Source: Deltaproteobacteria bacterium
Lineage (GTDB): Bacteria; Desulfobacterota; Desulfobacteria; Desulfobacterales; C00003060
Assembly: GCA_030592345.1 (NCBI GenBank)
Contig: JAUVJO010000003.1
Location: forward strand, 1-33,548
Direction: 5' to 3'
DNA: 33,548 nucleotides
The position numbers were made by a program, and so were the translations under genes. The notes under the pieces are model-generated. The model saw only the letters and a list, made by a program, of their open reading frames with translations. It had not been told where the DNA came from and did no database searches. Every line of letters starts with the position of its first letter. Within the stretch, counting starts at the first letter, position 1. Of the stretch, positions 19,911 to 28,851 are shown one piece after another.

Positions 19911-19950
19911 GGCAAAAGGCCGGGCTTAACTAGGCCACAGGGTTCGAAGA

Positions 19951-20055
19951 TATAGACTTTCAAATATTAAATTTCACAAGGCCAGAGGGAGGAGGCTGTA
20001 TTGTAATACGCCGACGACTGATAACGCAGTGAAATTTAATACGTGAAAGTCTATA
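19951..20055 (+). mobile_element. 105-bp TA-ended palindromic MITE-like element, family A copy 1
   Basis: TATAGACTTTCA..ATTTCAC / GTGAAAT..AAAGTCTATA arms around AAGGCCAGAGGGAGGAGGCTGTATTGTAATACGCCGACGACTGATAACGC. Confidence 0.9.
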
Positions 20056-20120
20056 GACAGGCAATGAGGGAATAACGGCCCTTGAATCGGACCATGAGGC
20101 TTGAGACAAAAAAAGGGAAA

Positions 20121-20164
20121 AGTTCAGGGGTTCAGAGATTCAGGGTTCACCGAAACCCTGAACC
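20121..20164. repeat. GTTCAG short-unit array with inverted CTGAACC tail
   Basis: agttcaggggttcagagattcagggttcaccgaaaccctgaacc. Confidence 0.65.
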
Positions 20165-20238
20165 TTTTAACACCTGCAAAGAGGACAGCCCTGCAATCCG
20201 CATTCCGAAATACTTGAGAAGCCACTTCATCCACCGCG

Positions 20239-21450
20239 CTATTGGCCAACCATGCCTGCCATCTTGAAGATAGGCAAATACATGGAAACAACCAACCCCC
20301 CGATCGTCACACCCAAAAAGACCATCATAAAGGGCTCAATCATGGCTGTCAGGCTGGAAACAGCAGCATCCACCTCATCATCGTAGTAATCGGCTATCTT
20401 CTCGAGCATGGCATCCAAGGCCCCTGTAGATTCACCCACACCCACCATCTGACACACCATGGAAGGAAAGACCCCACTTTCTGCCAGGGGGGCTGCCATT
20501 GTTTGTCCCTCGCTGATAGCAGCGCGGACTTTGTAGACAGCCGACTCAACGGTCTTGTTACCTGCGGTCCTTGCCGTAATTTCGAGCCCGTCCAAGATTG
20601 GCACCCCACTACTGATCATGGTCCCCAGTATGCGTGTAAATTTGGCCACGGCGACCTTGCGAAGAAGCGGGCCAAAGACGGGTAGCTTCAGCAAATACTT
20701 GTCCACGAGGACACGCCCCTTTTCAGTCTTGTAAAATCGCCTGAATGCAAAGCCCAAAACCACAACAGCACCAATCATGTACAGGATGTTGCCTTTGACA
20801 AACCTGCTGAGTTCTACGACTATCTTGGTAGGTGCTGGGAGTTCACCGCCGAAATCTTTAAACATTTGTTCGAAAGTGGGAATTACAAAGACCAAGATTA
20901 CTCCAATGACCAAGACAGCAACGCAAAGGACTATAATAGGATAAGTCATGGCAGACTTCACCTGTTTTTTAAGCTTCTCAGCCTTTTCCATGTACGCGGA
21001 AAGGCGGTTTAGAATCGTATCCAAGATGCCGCCCGTCTCTCCTGCTGCCACCATATTGACAAATAGATCATCAAATATGTCCGGGTACTTCTTCAACGCA
21101 TCTGCGAGCGTCGCCCCACCCTCCACAGACTCCTTGATCTGCTTTAGCATCTTCTTAAACGTCTTGTTTTCTTGCTGAGAACACAAAATATCGAGACACT
21201 GAATCAGCGGAAGTCCGGCATTGATCATGGTTGCAAATTGCCTTGCAAATACCACCACATCAACGCGTCGCACCTTGGGTTGCAAGAAGGAAACGTTTTC
21301 AAACAGGTCCTTAGGCTTTTTCTTTATCTTGGTAGGCTTGATTTGCATGCGGCGCAGTTGAGCCTGCGCGGCGTCCTGATCAGCAGCCTCTAATTCTCCC
21401 TTGTGGATCATTCCTTTCCTGTCTTGACCCTGCCATAGATAGATTGGCAT
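20239..21450 (-). CDS. pilC: Type IV pilus platform protein (T2SS GspF family)
   Basis: FARQFATMINAGLP, GETGGILD, KSAMTYP, SSGVPIL, GESTGALD, SMYLPIF; ATG 21450 after GAGG. Confidence 0.95.
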   Translation of the reverse strand: MPIYLWQGQDRKGMIHKGELEAADQDAAQAQLRRMQIKPTKIKKKPKDLFENVSFLQPKVRRVDVVVFARQFATMINAGLPLIQCLDILCSQQENKTFKKMLKQIKESVEGGATLADALKKYPDIFDDLFVNMVAAGETGGILDTILNRLSAYMEKAEKLKKQVKSAMTYPIIVLCVAVLVIGVILVFVIPTFEQMFKDFGGELPAPTKIVVELSRFVKGNILYMIGAVVVLGFAFRRFYKTEKGRVLVDKYLLKLPVFGPLLRKVAVAKFTRILGTMISSGVPILDGLEITARTAGNKTVESAVYKVRAAISEGQTMAAPLAESGVFPSMVCQMVGVGESTGALDAMLEKIADYYDDEVDAAVSSLTAMIEPFMMVFLGVTIGGLVVSMYLPIFKMAGMVGQ

Positions 21451-21552
21451 ACGACACCTCTGCTCGCTATTCACACTAATTTGGGTTGACGTTCACAGGT
21501 TCAGAGTTTCCCGCTGAAAGCGGGGTTCAGTGTCACCCTTCTTTTGTTAGCC

Positions 21553-21665
21553 TATAGACTTTCACATATTAAATTTCACAGCGTTATCGGTCGTCGACGT
21601 ATTACAGTATTACAATACAGCCTCCTCCCTCTGGCCTTGTGAAATTTAATATGTGAAAGTCTATA
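21553..21665 (-). mobile_element. Family A copy 2 (113 bp, reverse orientation, internal 8-bp duplication)
   Basis: Perfect 28-bp arms; gtattaca duplicated at 21599-21614; lies between GTTCAG (21488-21530) and CTGAACC (21693-21710) arrays. Confidence 0.9.
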
Positions 21666-21737
21666 GCTCGTAGGACAATTAAGATTACGGTAAACCCTGA
21701 ACCCTGACGGTTATTTTCAAAATTTGTGGAAATTTTA

Positions 21738-21766
21738 TTGACAAGCAGAAAAAAGAGCAATATATA
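21738..21766 (+). promoter_or_regulatory. Putative sigma70 promoter of the PxxKW gene
   Basis: TTGACA-N17-TATATA with an AT-rich upstream region. Confidence 0.6.
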
Positions 21767-21822
21767 TTTAGGTTTTAGTGTAACTGTTTTACACATCATA
21801 AACAAGAAAGGAGGTGGTTCCA

Positions 21823-22101
21823 ATGGACTGCACAACCGTAAAGCCGGACACGGAATGCGTATTCATGACGAAGAAAGGTTGTTCCTTTAATGGCGGCACT
21901 TGCCATGCCATCGTGGAACAATGCGAAGGATGTGACCGCACCTCAAAATTTCCTTCTGGATGGTACTGCACGGCTTGTCCAGACCCTTCACTAAAATGGA
22001 AAAGAGGCAATTGTAACTTTGCCACCCATGTGAAGGATACAGCCAAGAGCAAGGTTGACAAGACGAATCCGCTCAAGGCATCCAAGCGAAATGCCCACTA
22101 G
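21823..22101 (+). CDS. PxxKW family cysteine-rich small protein
   Basis: Strong SD AAGGAGG; CEGC, YCTACPDPSLKW, CNFATH, NPLKASKR motifs; 9 Cys in 92 aa. Confidence 0.88.
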   Translation: MDCTTVKPDTECVFMTKKGCSFNGGTCHAIVEQCEGCDRTSKFPSGWYCTACPDPSLKWKRGNCNFATHVKDTAKSKVDKTNPLKASKRNAH

Positions 22102-22128
22102 TGTTACGTCTTAGTCAATGGTCATTGG

Positions 22129-22245
22129 GTAAACGTTCACCGTTTTCCGTTCACCGTTTTCCGTTCTTCGATAAGCACAACGGGAATTATGTCCCGATAT
22201 CCCCGGTGGACGGACAACGGATAACGGACTTCGGTTAACGATTAC
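22129..22245. repeat. Inverted CCGTT-based heptamer element with GTAAACGTTCAC / GTTAACGATTAC ends
   Basis: cgttcac cgttttc cgttcac cgttttc cgttc ... ggacggacaacggataacgg, between convergent genes. Confidence 0.7.
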
Positions 22246-22247
22246 GA

Positions 22248-23444
22248 CTAGACCAGCTTTCCAAGTGCAACCTCTATCCTGTTGAGACCTTCCTCTATTG
22301 TCTCAAGATTTGTTGCACAGGAAAATCTGATAAAATCCTCTGCACCAAAGGCACTCCCCGGCACAAGTGCGACCCGTGCCTCGGTCAAAAGGTACTCACA
22401 CAGATTGCTGGAGCCCTCCACAATCTTCCCGTCTTGGCGATCTGCCTTGAAATAGTGGTTAAAATCGGCGAAGGCATAAAAGGCGCCTCCTGGCATGTTG
22501 CAATCAACACCAGGTATGGCATTCAATCGTTTTACGAGGTATTTGCACCGCTGCTCAAAGGCTTGAACCATTTCCAGGACCGAATCCTGCGGACCGTTCA
22601 ATGCAGCGATCCCTGCCCTCTGAGCAATGGAATTGGGATTTGAAGTACTTTGGCTCTGGATTTTTGTCATTCCTGCAATCACTTCGCGGGCCCCGCCCAC
22701 ATACCCGATGCGCCATCCTGTCATGGCGTAGGTTTTCGACAATCCGTTGACAACAAACGTCTTTGATTTGAGACCTTCGCTTACCTGCGCAATGCTGTGA
22801 AAGGGTTTGCATCCAAAAATCAGCTTTTCGTAGATTTCATCTGAGACCACCGAGATATCGTGTCTTTCGACAACCTCAGCCAAGGCTTCCAGTTCCGATC
22901 TGGTGTAGACCGATCCTGTCGGGTTGGAAGGACTGTTAAGAATCAAGAGCTTGGTTCGTGGTGTGATGCATGCCTCAAGGGCATCAGGGGATAACTTGAA
23001 GTCTTGGGATTGCCTTGTTTCTGCAATAACAGGGCTCGCTCCTGCCAGAACCACAATCGGAGGATAGGAGACCCAATAGGGGGCTGGAATGATTACCTCA
23101 TCACCAGGGTTCAACGTGGCTTGTGCCAGGTTGTAAAGCACGTGTTTGCCTCCGCACGATACCATGACCTCTTCACGCTCGTAACTCAGGTTGTTGTCTC
23201 GGCGAAGTTTTTTTATGATGGCGTCCTTGATCTCAGGCATGCCCCCTACGGCAGTGTATCGCGTGAAGCCCCCCTCCATGGCCCGCACGGCCTCCTGGCA
23301 AATATGTTTCGGCGTATCGAAATCAGGCTCTCCAACACCAAAGCTGATCACATCTACCCCAGACTCTCGCATGGACACGGCCTTTGCATTTATGGCTAAG
23401 GTCGGAGAAGGCTTGACAGCCTTGATTCGTTCAGACACCAGCAT
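22248..23444 (-). CDS. aspC: PLP-dependent aminotransferase class I/II (aspartate aminotransferase-like)
   Basis: GVGEPDFDTP, PYWVSY, LNSPSNPTG, SDEIYE, NGLSKTYAMTGWRIGY (PLP lysine). Confidence 0.9.
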   Translation of the reverse strand: MLVSERIKAVKPSPTLAINAKAVSMRESGVDVISFGVGEPDFDTPKHICQEAVRAMEGGFTRYTAVGGMPEIKDAIIKKLRRDNNLSYEREEVMVSCGGKHVLYNLAQATLNPGDEVIIPAPYWVSYPPIVVLAGASPVIAETRQSQDFKLSPDALEACITPRTKLLILNSPSNPTGSVYTRSELEALAEVVERHDISVVSDEIYEKLIFGCKPFHSIAQVSEGLKSKTFVVNGLSKTYAMTGWRIGYVGGAREVIAGMTKIQSQSTSNPNSIAQRAGIAALNGPQDSVLEMVQAFEQRCKYLVKRLNAIPGVDCNMPGGAFYAFADFNHYFKADRQDGKIVEGSSNLCEYLLTEARVALVPGSAFGAEDFIRFSCATNLETIEEGLNRIEVALGKLV

Positions 23445-23580
23445 GATAACCACTCACTCTATTCTAGGCTACTCCCGGTTTCCATTGGAGGCCCTGCTGA
23501 GCAGGATTCTCCTTGCCCGCAAGGCCATTACAACAACCTCAAGCAATACGGATTTTTTGAAAAGTTAGTTTTTCTTGACC

Positions 23581-23741
23581 TATACCTCGGAAGGTTATAA
23601 ATGGCGATTTTCTCGGTGAGTCATGAGCATCAAGAGCAAGGCACGAAGGCGCGGAATAGCTGGCTATTGCAAGCCTGAGCAACGCGGCTATTGATGTTCA
23701 TGGCCGGCGAAAAAGTGTCATTTGTGGCCTTTCGAGGTATA
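23581..23741 (+). mobile_element. 161-bp TA-ended palindromic MITE-like element, family B copy 2
   Basis: Same ends and core as 18204-18364 (core AAGGC...AACGC). Confidence 0.85.
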
Positions 23742-23835
23742 ACATGGTAGACTCATTATAAATCAAAAAGCTCAAGAAAGACGAATCTACCTTACTATAA
23801 ATAACTATCAGACTTCGGACCGAAAGGCAATTCCT

Positions 23836-26121
23836 TTGAAAAAGAAAAGTTTGTTAAGGCATTTTTCTTTGAAAATAAAAACAGATCGCATCACCATCGC
23901 AGGGAAATGGACGTTGTATTACGTCCTGATCGGCCTTATTGCCGGCCTGGGCTCCGTCGCCTTTCAATATCTTTGCCAGATAGGGTCACACGTTTTCTTG
24001 GATCAAATGGCCGGCTACAGTCCACCCTCACCTGCCGGAGAACCTCACCTGTTTTCACCAACAAACACACCATTCAATCGTTGGATACTCTTGTTTCTGC
24101 CAGCCTTGGGAGGCATCGTTAGCGGATGGCTGGTCTATACCTTTGCCCCCGAGGCAGAAGGCCATGGGACAGATGCTGCCATTGATTCGTATCACAATAA
24201 GGGAGGATTTGTGCGTGGAAGAATACCGTTTATCAAAACTATTGCCTCCGCGCTCACCATAACCTCGGGCGGTTCAGGGGGCCGCGAGGGACCGATCGCC
24301 CAGATTGGGGCTGGCTTTGGTTCTTACCTTGCCACAAGGCTTGGACTCTCTGACAGGCAACGTCGAATTATGTTGGCAGCAGGCATTGGTGCCGGTGTCG
24401 GAAGCATCTTCCGCGCGCCGCTGGCAGGAGCGCTATTTGCTGCCGAAGTCCTTTACCGAGAGCCTGAGTTTGAAGCAGAAGTGATCATCCCTTCCGGCAT
24501 TTCGTCGGTCGTTGCTTACTGTGTCTTTTGCCTGGTGTTCGGATGGGGGTCCCTGTTTGAATCTCAGGATTTTCTTTTTCGAAACCCCTTGGAACTGGGC
24601 CCCTATATTGTGCTCGCCTTTGTCTTGGTTGGAGGCGGGATATTGTATATCAAGTCCTTTTATGGGGTGCAGCACGTTTTCAGGGAGTTCAAGATTCCCA
24701 ATCACATCAAACCGGCCATTGGAGGTCTGTGCACCGGTGTTATCGGTTTCTTTCTCCCTGCAACTCTTTCCTTCGGCTACGGCTATGCGCAAATGGCCTT
24801 AAACAACGAGGTCCCCGCCCTCTTCGGGTTTCCGACGCTTTTCCTCCTGGCCCTGGCCTTTGGAAAGATATTGACCACTGCTTTTACAATCGGCTCCGGA
24901 GGCAGTGGCGGCGTATTTGGCCCATCCATCGTTATCGGTGGGGCCTTGGGGGGGGCAGTGGGCAGGATTTTTCATGCCATCATGCCAGGTATTGTGGTCG
25001 AGCCAGGGGCATTTGTAGTTGTGGGCATGGCCGGGTTCTTTGCTGCTGTGTCCAATGCCCCGATCTCGACGATAATTTTTGTCAGCGAAATGACTAATTC
25101 ATATCACCTGCTGCTGCCCAGCTTACTGGTTTGCTCACTTGCTTACTTGCTCTCGCGAAATTGGACAATTTATATCAAGCAAGTGCCAAGCAGGATAGAT
25201 TCCAATGCACACCGCGGCGATTTCTTTGTGGATGTGCTTGGTACCATCAGGGTGAAAGAAATCCTCGGCCAGGTGAGAAGAGTGGAACTGATCCCTGAAG
25301 ATATGCCGCTCACGGCTTTCAGAAGGATGTTTTCCTCAACAGACCAGCACTATTTCCCGGTCGTAAATAAGGAGGCCCGGCTGACTGGAATATTTTCCAT
25401 TAATGACGTCAGGGGCGTTATCTTTGATCAGGAAATCGGCAGTCTCGTGGTCATGAAAGATATCGCCAACCCGGACATTATTGTTACAACCCCATCTGAA
25501 GACCTCAGTGAGGTACTCAAGAAGTTTACCATTCGCAACCTTCACAGGCTCCCGGTCGTTAAGGACGAAGATCATTCCATTCTGCTCGGGATGTTAGATA
25601 GAAGGGAGGTCATCCAGTATTACAACCAGAAAGTCGAAGTGATTAAGTCAAGACACGATAGAGAAGATATTGAGAAAAACCACGAAATCAGCCAACTCAA
25701 ACACGTACGCGTGCGCCAGGCCATGAGGAGAGACACGGAAACAATCCTGGCGAGTATGCCACTCAAGGAACTAAGGGAATTTATTTTTCAATGCAAGTAT
25801 AGCAGTTTTCCTGTAGTTGATGCCCTGGGTCTTTTGAGGGGCGTCATTTCCTTAGCTGATTGCCAGAAGGCCTTTGATGAAAAGACCGAAAAAGCGCTGA
25901 CAGCGCAAGAGATCGCCACCCGTGATCTCGTCACTGTGACTGAAGATGATACACTGTTCTTGGCCCTTACCAGAATCATTCAAGGAGATTTCTCCATACT
26001 CCCCGTAGTGAGCAAAGAGAATCCCAAATTGCTCCTGGGCGTTATCAGCCGCAGGGATATCATGTCCACATATGACGATATTGTAATCAAAAACGTGGCC
26101 AGAGATACATCAGCCGCCTGA
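23836..26121 (+). CDS. ClC family chloride channel / H+ antiporter with two CBS pairs
   Basis: GHGTD, GREGP, FRAPLAG, GGVFGP, APIS..FVSEMT motifs; two C-terminal CBS pairs; TTG start uncertain. Confidence 0.92.
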   Translation: MKKKSLLRHFSLKIKTDRITIAGKWTLYYVLIGLIAGLGSVAFQYLCQIGSHVFLDQMAGYSPPSPAGEPHLFSPTNTPFNRWILLFLPALGGIVSGWLVYTFAPEAEGHGTDAAIDSYHNKGGFVRGRIPFIKTIASALTITSGGSGGREGPIAQIGAGFGSYLATRLGLSDRQRRIMLAAGIGAGVGSIFRAPLAGALFAAEVLYREPEFEAEVIIPSGISSVVAYCVFCLVFGWGSLFESQDFLFRNPLELGPYIVLAFVLVGGGILYIKSFYGVQHVFREFKIPNHIKPAIGGLCTGVIGFFLPATLSFGYGYAQMALNNEVPALFGFPTLFLLALAFGKILTTAFTIGSGGSGGVFGPSIVIGGALGGAVGRIFHAIMPGIVVEPGAFVVVGMAGFFAAVSNAPISTIIFVSEMTNSYHLLLPSLLVCSLAYLLSRNWTIYIKQVPSRIDSNAHRGDFFVDVLGTIRVKEILGQVRRVELIPEDMPLTAFRRMFSSTDQHYFPVVNKEARLTGIFSINDVRGVIFDQEIGSLVVMKDIANPDIIVTTPSEDLSEVLKKFTIRNLHRLPVVKDEDHSILLGMLDRREVIQYYNQKVEVIKSRHDREDIEKNHEISQLKHVRVRQAMRRDTETILASMPLKELREFIFQCKYSSFPVVDALGLLRGVISLADCQKAFDEKTEKALTAQEIATRDLVTVTEDDTLFLALTRIIQGDFSILPVVSKENPKLLLGVISRRDIMSTYDDIVIKNVARDTSAA

Positions 26122-26132
26122 AATATCGGGGG

Positions 26133-26393
26133 GGGCGTGTCCAGAACTTTGGGGATGCACTTATGAAACGACTTGCGCCACATTTGTGGAGTACATTAAG
26201 TGCCTAAAGTGAGCTAAAGTGCCTAAAGTTAAGGTGTTCTGCCTATTTTAAATATGTTGCGCCGGAGACGCACTGCTTAATCCCGCTAAAGGCAGGACTC
26301 ACTTTCTTGCAATAATAAAACTGTTTCTTCAAGTCCTTAATCCCGCTAACAGCGGGACTCACTTTAGACACTTCAGGCACTTTAGCTCACTTT
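26133..26393. repeat. Composite element: ~65-bp leader, inverted TAAAGTG arrays and two TCCCGC mini-palindromes
   Basis: 26133-26229 matches 33371-33481; arrays at 26197-26229 and 26360-26393; tcccgctaaaggcagga at 26281 and tcccgctaacagcggga at 26341. Confidence 0.8.
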
Positions 26394-26438
26394 CTTTCTT
26401 CAGAAGGATGCGGAAAAGTTGTTGTCTCCCCACAGTTA

Positions 26439-27200
26439 TTAGATAAGCCCGTCGCGAGGTCTATATTTGACTTCCCTCAGGAACAACCCATGAGGGGGAG
26501 CTGTCTTGCCTGCCTGTTTGCGATCCTTTGAAAGCAGAATCTCCCTAAACTCCTTTGGCGATGTTTTTCCCATACCCACATCTACCAGACTGCCAACGAT
26601 GTTTCGCACCATGCACCGCAAGAACCCGTCGGCCTCAATACTGAAAACCAGGTAGCCGTCTGCATCCTTTGCTGCGAAGCTCACATCCACTACAGTTCGT
26701 ACCGACTGGGTTCTGGGGCTACCGCTTGCCTCAAAGGCCGAAAAGTCGTGCTTACCTTTCAGGTAAAACATGGCCGTCCTCATGGCACCAAGATCAAGGC
26801 ACTTTTTGATGTGCCAGACGTACTTCCGAAAGATGGCCGCCGGGAGGGGCCGATTCAAGATACGATAATCGTAAATCTTGCTCCAGGCATCGTATCGGGA
26901 ATGGAACGTGTCAGGGACTTCTTTGCAATCTTTTATCACTATGTCTGCTGGCAGCAGGCTGTTTAAGCCCCTTTTGAAGATGTCAGGTGTGAGCTTTGTA
27001 GCGACCGAAAAGTTGGCGACCTGGTTTAGGGCGTGTACGCCAGCATCGGTCCGTCCAGACCCGATAACAGCGACCGAACGTCCGGTCATGGTCTTGAGCG
27101 CAGCTTCAATCGTGCCCTGAATCGTGGGAGTCACCTTCTGGCGCTGCCATCCATGATAATCCGTGCCGTCGTACTCGATAATAAGCTTGAAGTTGGACAA
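26439..27200 (-). CDS. truA: tRNA pseudouridine(38-40) synthase
   Basis: IEYDGTDYHGWQRQ, GSGRTDAGVHA, GKHDFSAF, FLRCMVRNIVG, TAPPHGLFL. Confidence 0.97.
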   Translation of the reverse strand: MSNFKLIIEYDGTDYHGWQRQKVTPTIQGTIEAALKTMTGRSVAVIGSGRTDAGVHALNQVANFSVATKLTPDIFKRGLNSLLPADIVIKDCKEVPDTFHSRYDAWSKIYDYRILNRPLPAAIFRKYVWHIKKCLDLGAMRTAMFYLKGKHDFSAFEASGSPRTQSVRTVVDVSFAAKDADGYLVFSIEADGFLRCMVRNIVGSLVDVGMGKTSPKEFREILLSKDRKQAGKTAPPHGLFLREVKYRPRDGLI

Positions 27201-27204
27201 TGGA

Positions 27205-27323
27205 TAAAGTGCCTAAAGTGAGCTAAAGTGAGCTAAAGTGCCTAAAGTTAAAAGAAAAAACCAAATTTTTGCAAAGAGTTTCCTCAGCTTGCAACCAAAA
27301 TTAAGCTCACTTTAGCACTTCAG
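27205..27323. repeat. TAAAGTG array with degenerate inverted partner
   Basis: taaagtgcc taaagtgagc taaagtgagc taaagtgcc taaagt ... gctcactttagcacttcag. Confidence 0.82.
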
Positions 27324-27330
27324 TTCCCTG

Positions 27331-28368
27331 TCAAAGAGGAAAGGGTACTTGGTCCAGGCCTGCTGTCTCTGGAAATCCAAACATGATATTCATGTTCTGC
27401 ACGGCCTGCCCGGAGGCGCCTTTTACCAGGTTGTCAATAGCAGACACAAGGATCAGGCGTTTTGTGCGCTCCGCTACCCTGACTCCGATGTCGCAAAAAT
27501 TTGTCCCTTTCACGTGCCGCGTGTCCGGAAATTTGCCAGGCGGACAGATCCGAACAAAAGGTTTATTCTCAAAAAAAATATCAAGACAGGAAGTTACGTC
27601 CTGTGTGGAAATAGACTCTTTCAGGCCAACGTAAGTCGTGGTTAGCATCCCCCGTGTCATGGGAACCAGGTGGGGTACAAACGTGATGTGAATCGCGCGT
27701 CCGGCAAACAGGCTCAATACTTCGTCCATCTCCGGGTTATGTCGATGCTCTGCCACCTTGTACGCCTTAAAACCTTCATTGACTTCACAAAAGAGCGTCG
27801 CCAGACTCACGGACCGGCCTGCACCACTGGCGCCTGACTTTGAATCTGAAATGATGTTCTCCAGGTCCACAAACCTGGCCTTCACAAGAGGTAGCAACGG
27901 TAGAACGACACTGGTGGGATAGCACCCCGGGTTGCCAATCAGAGAAGCATTCCGGATCTCGCTGAAATAGATTTCAGGAAGCCCGTAAACCGCAGATTCA
28001 AGCAAATCTTTTGCCTGATGCGGTTCATACCATGCCTCGTACAAAGCAGGATCCTTGAACCTGAAATCCGCGCCAAGATCAATGACCTTCTTGCCTTGGC
28101 CAATAAGCCCTGGCACCACGGCCATGGATGCCTTGTGTGGAAGGGCGGTAAAGACAACGTCACTCGCCTCGGAGACAGCCTCTTCAGAAAACGGTTGGCA
28201 TGTCAAATCCACAATACCGGCCATGCTCGGATAAATATCCGAAAAGCGAGTGCCCACGTACTGCCGGGAGGTAATCATCGATAATCTTGCATGAGGATGA
28301 CCTGACAGAATCCTTACCAGTTCTGCCCCGGCATAGCCAGTGGCACCAACAACTGCGGCCCTAACCAT
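27331..28368 (-). CDS. argC: N-acetyl-gamma-glutamyl-phosphate reductase
   Basis: VGATGYAG, ALPH, DLGADFR, GNPGCYPT, SGASGAG, HRHNPE, IDNLVKGASGQAVQN. Confidence 0.97.
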   Translation of the reverse strand: MVRAAVVGATGYAGAELVRILSGHPHARLSMITSRQYVGTRFSDIYPSMAGIVDLTCQPFSEEAVSEASDVVFTALPHKASMAVVPGLIGQGKKVIDLGADFRFKDPALYEAWYEPHQAKDLLESAVYGLPEIYFSEIRNASLIGNPGCYPTSVVLPLLPLVKARFVDLENIISDSKSGASGAGRSVSLATLFCEVNEGFKAYKVAEHRHNPEMDEVLSLFAGRAIHITFVPHLVPMTRGMLTTTYVGLKESISTQDVTSCLDIFFENKPFVRICPPGKFPDTRHVKGTNFCDIGVRVAERTKRLILVSAIDNLVKGASGQAVQNMNIMFGFPETAGLDQVPFPL

Positions 28369-28387
28369 ATCGCCTCCTAAGAAAGGG

Positions 28388-28604
28388 TGTAACCGTTCAC
28401 GGGGCTCAGATGAATGGTTGCGGTTGCGCTACTCGTTACGGTTATCGTTGTGCGTTGTGCGGCTCCAAAAACAACTCAACCGACAGACGACAGACGTACT
28501 GTTTTCAAGGCGCAAGCCGCAAACGAGTCGCGCAACCGATAGACGACAGACAGCCAAGGGGCTAAGGTCTTACTCCCAACACATGAACCCCGTGAACGGT
28601 TACA
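28388..28604. mobile_element. 217-bp MITE-like element with 21-bp terminal inverted repeats and 6-bp flanking direct repeat
   Basis: TGTAACCGTTCACGGGGCTCA / TGAACCCCGTGAACGGTTACA (1 mismatch); AAAGGG at 28382-28387 and 28605-28610; internal stems and GACAGAC heptamers. Confidence 0.7.
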
Positions 28605-28662
28605 AAAGGGTATACTTCACACGGCCACGAACTGCGTTTTCTTGAGAGAGGGAAACACAGGC

Positions 28663-28767
28663 TATAGACTTTCACATATTAAATTTCACAAGGCCAGAGG
28701 GAGGAGGCTGTATTGTAATACGCCGACGACCGATAACGCCGTGAAATTTAATATGTGAAAGTCTATA
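28663..28767 (+). mobile_element. Family A copy 3 (105 bp)
   Basis: Consensus arms and core. Confidence 0.9.
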
Positions 28768-28851
28768 TATACCAGAACTATCCGAGGGGCACAAGCAAGT
28801 GAAACAGTGAAAGGAGCAAAACCATCAGGCAGGAAAGCCAACGATTCAGCG

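Noticed and set aside
23454-23570. Short ORF or pseudogene upstream of the aminotransferase
   Set aside because: Only a ~30-codon open stretch with no recognisable similarity.
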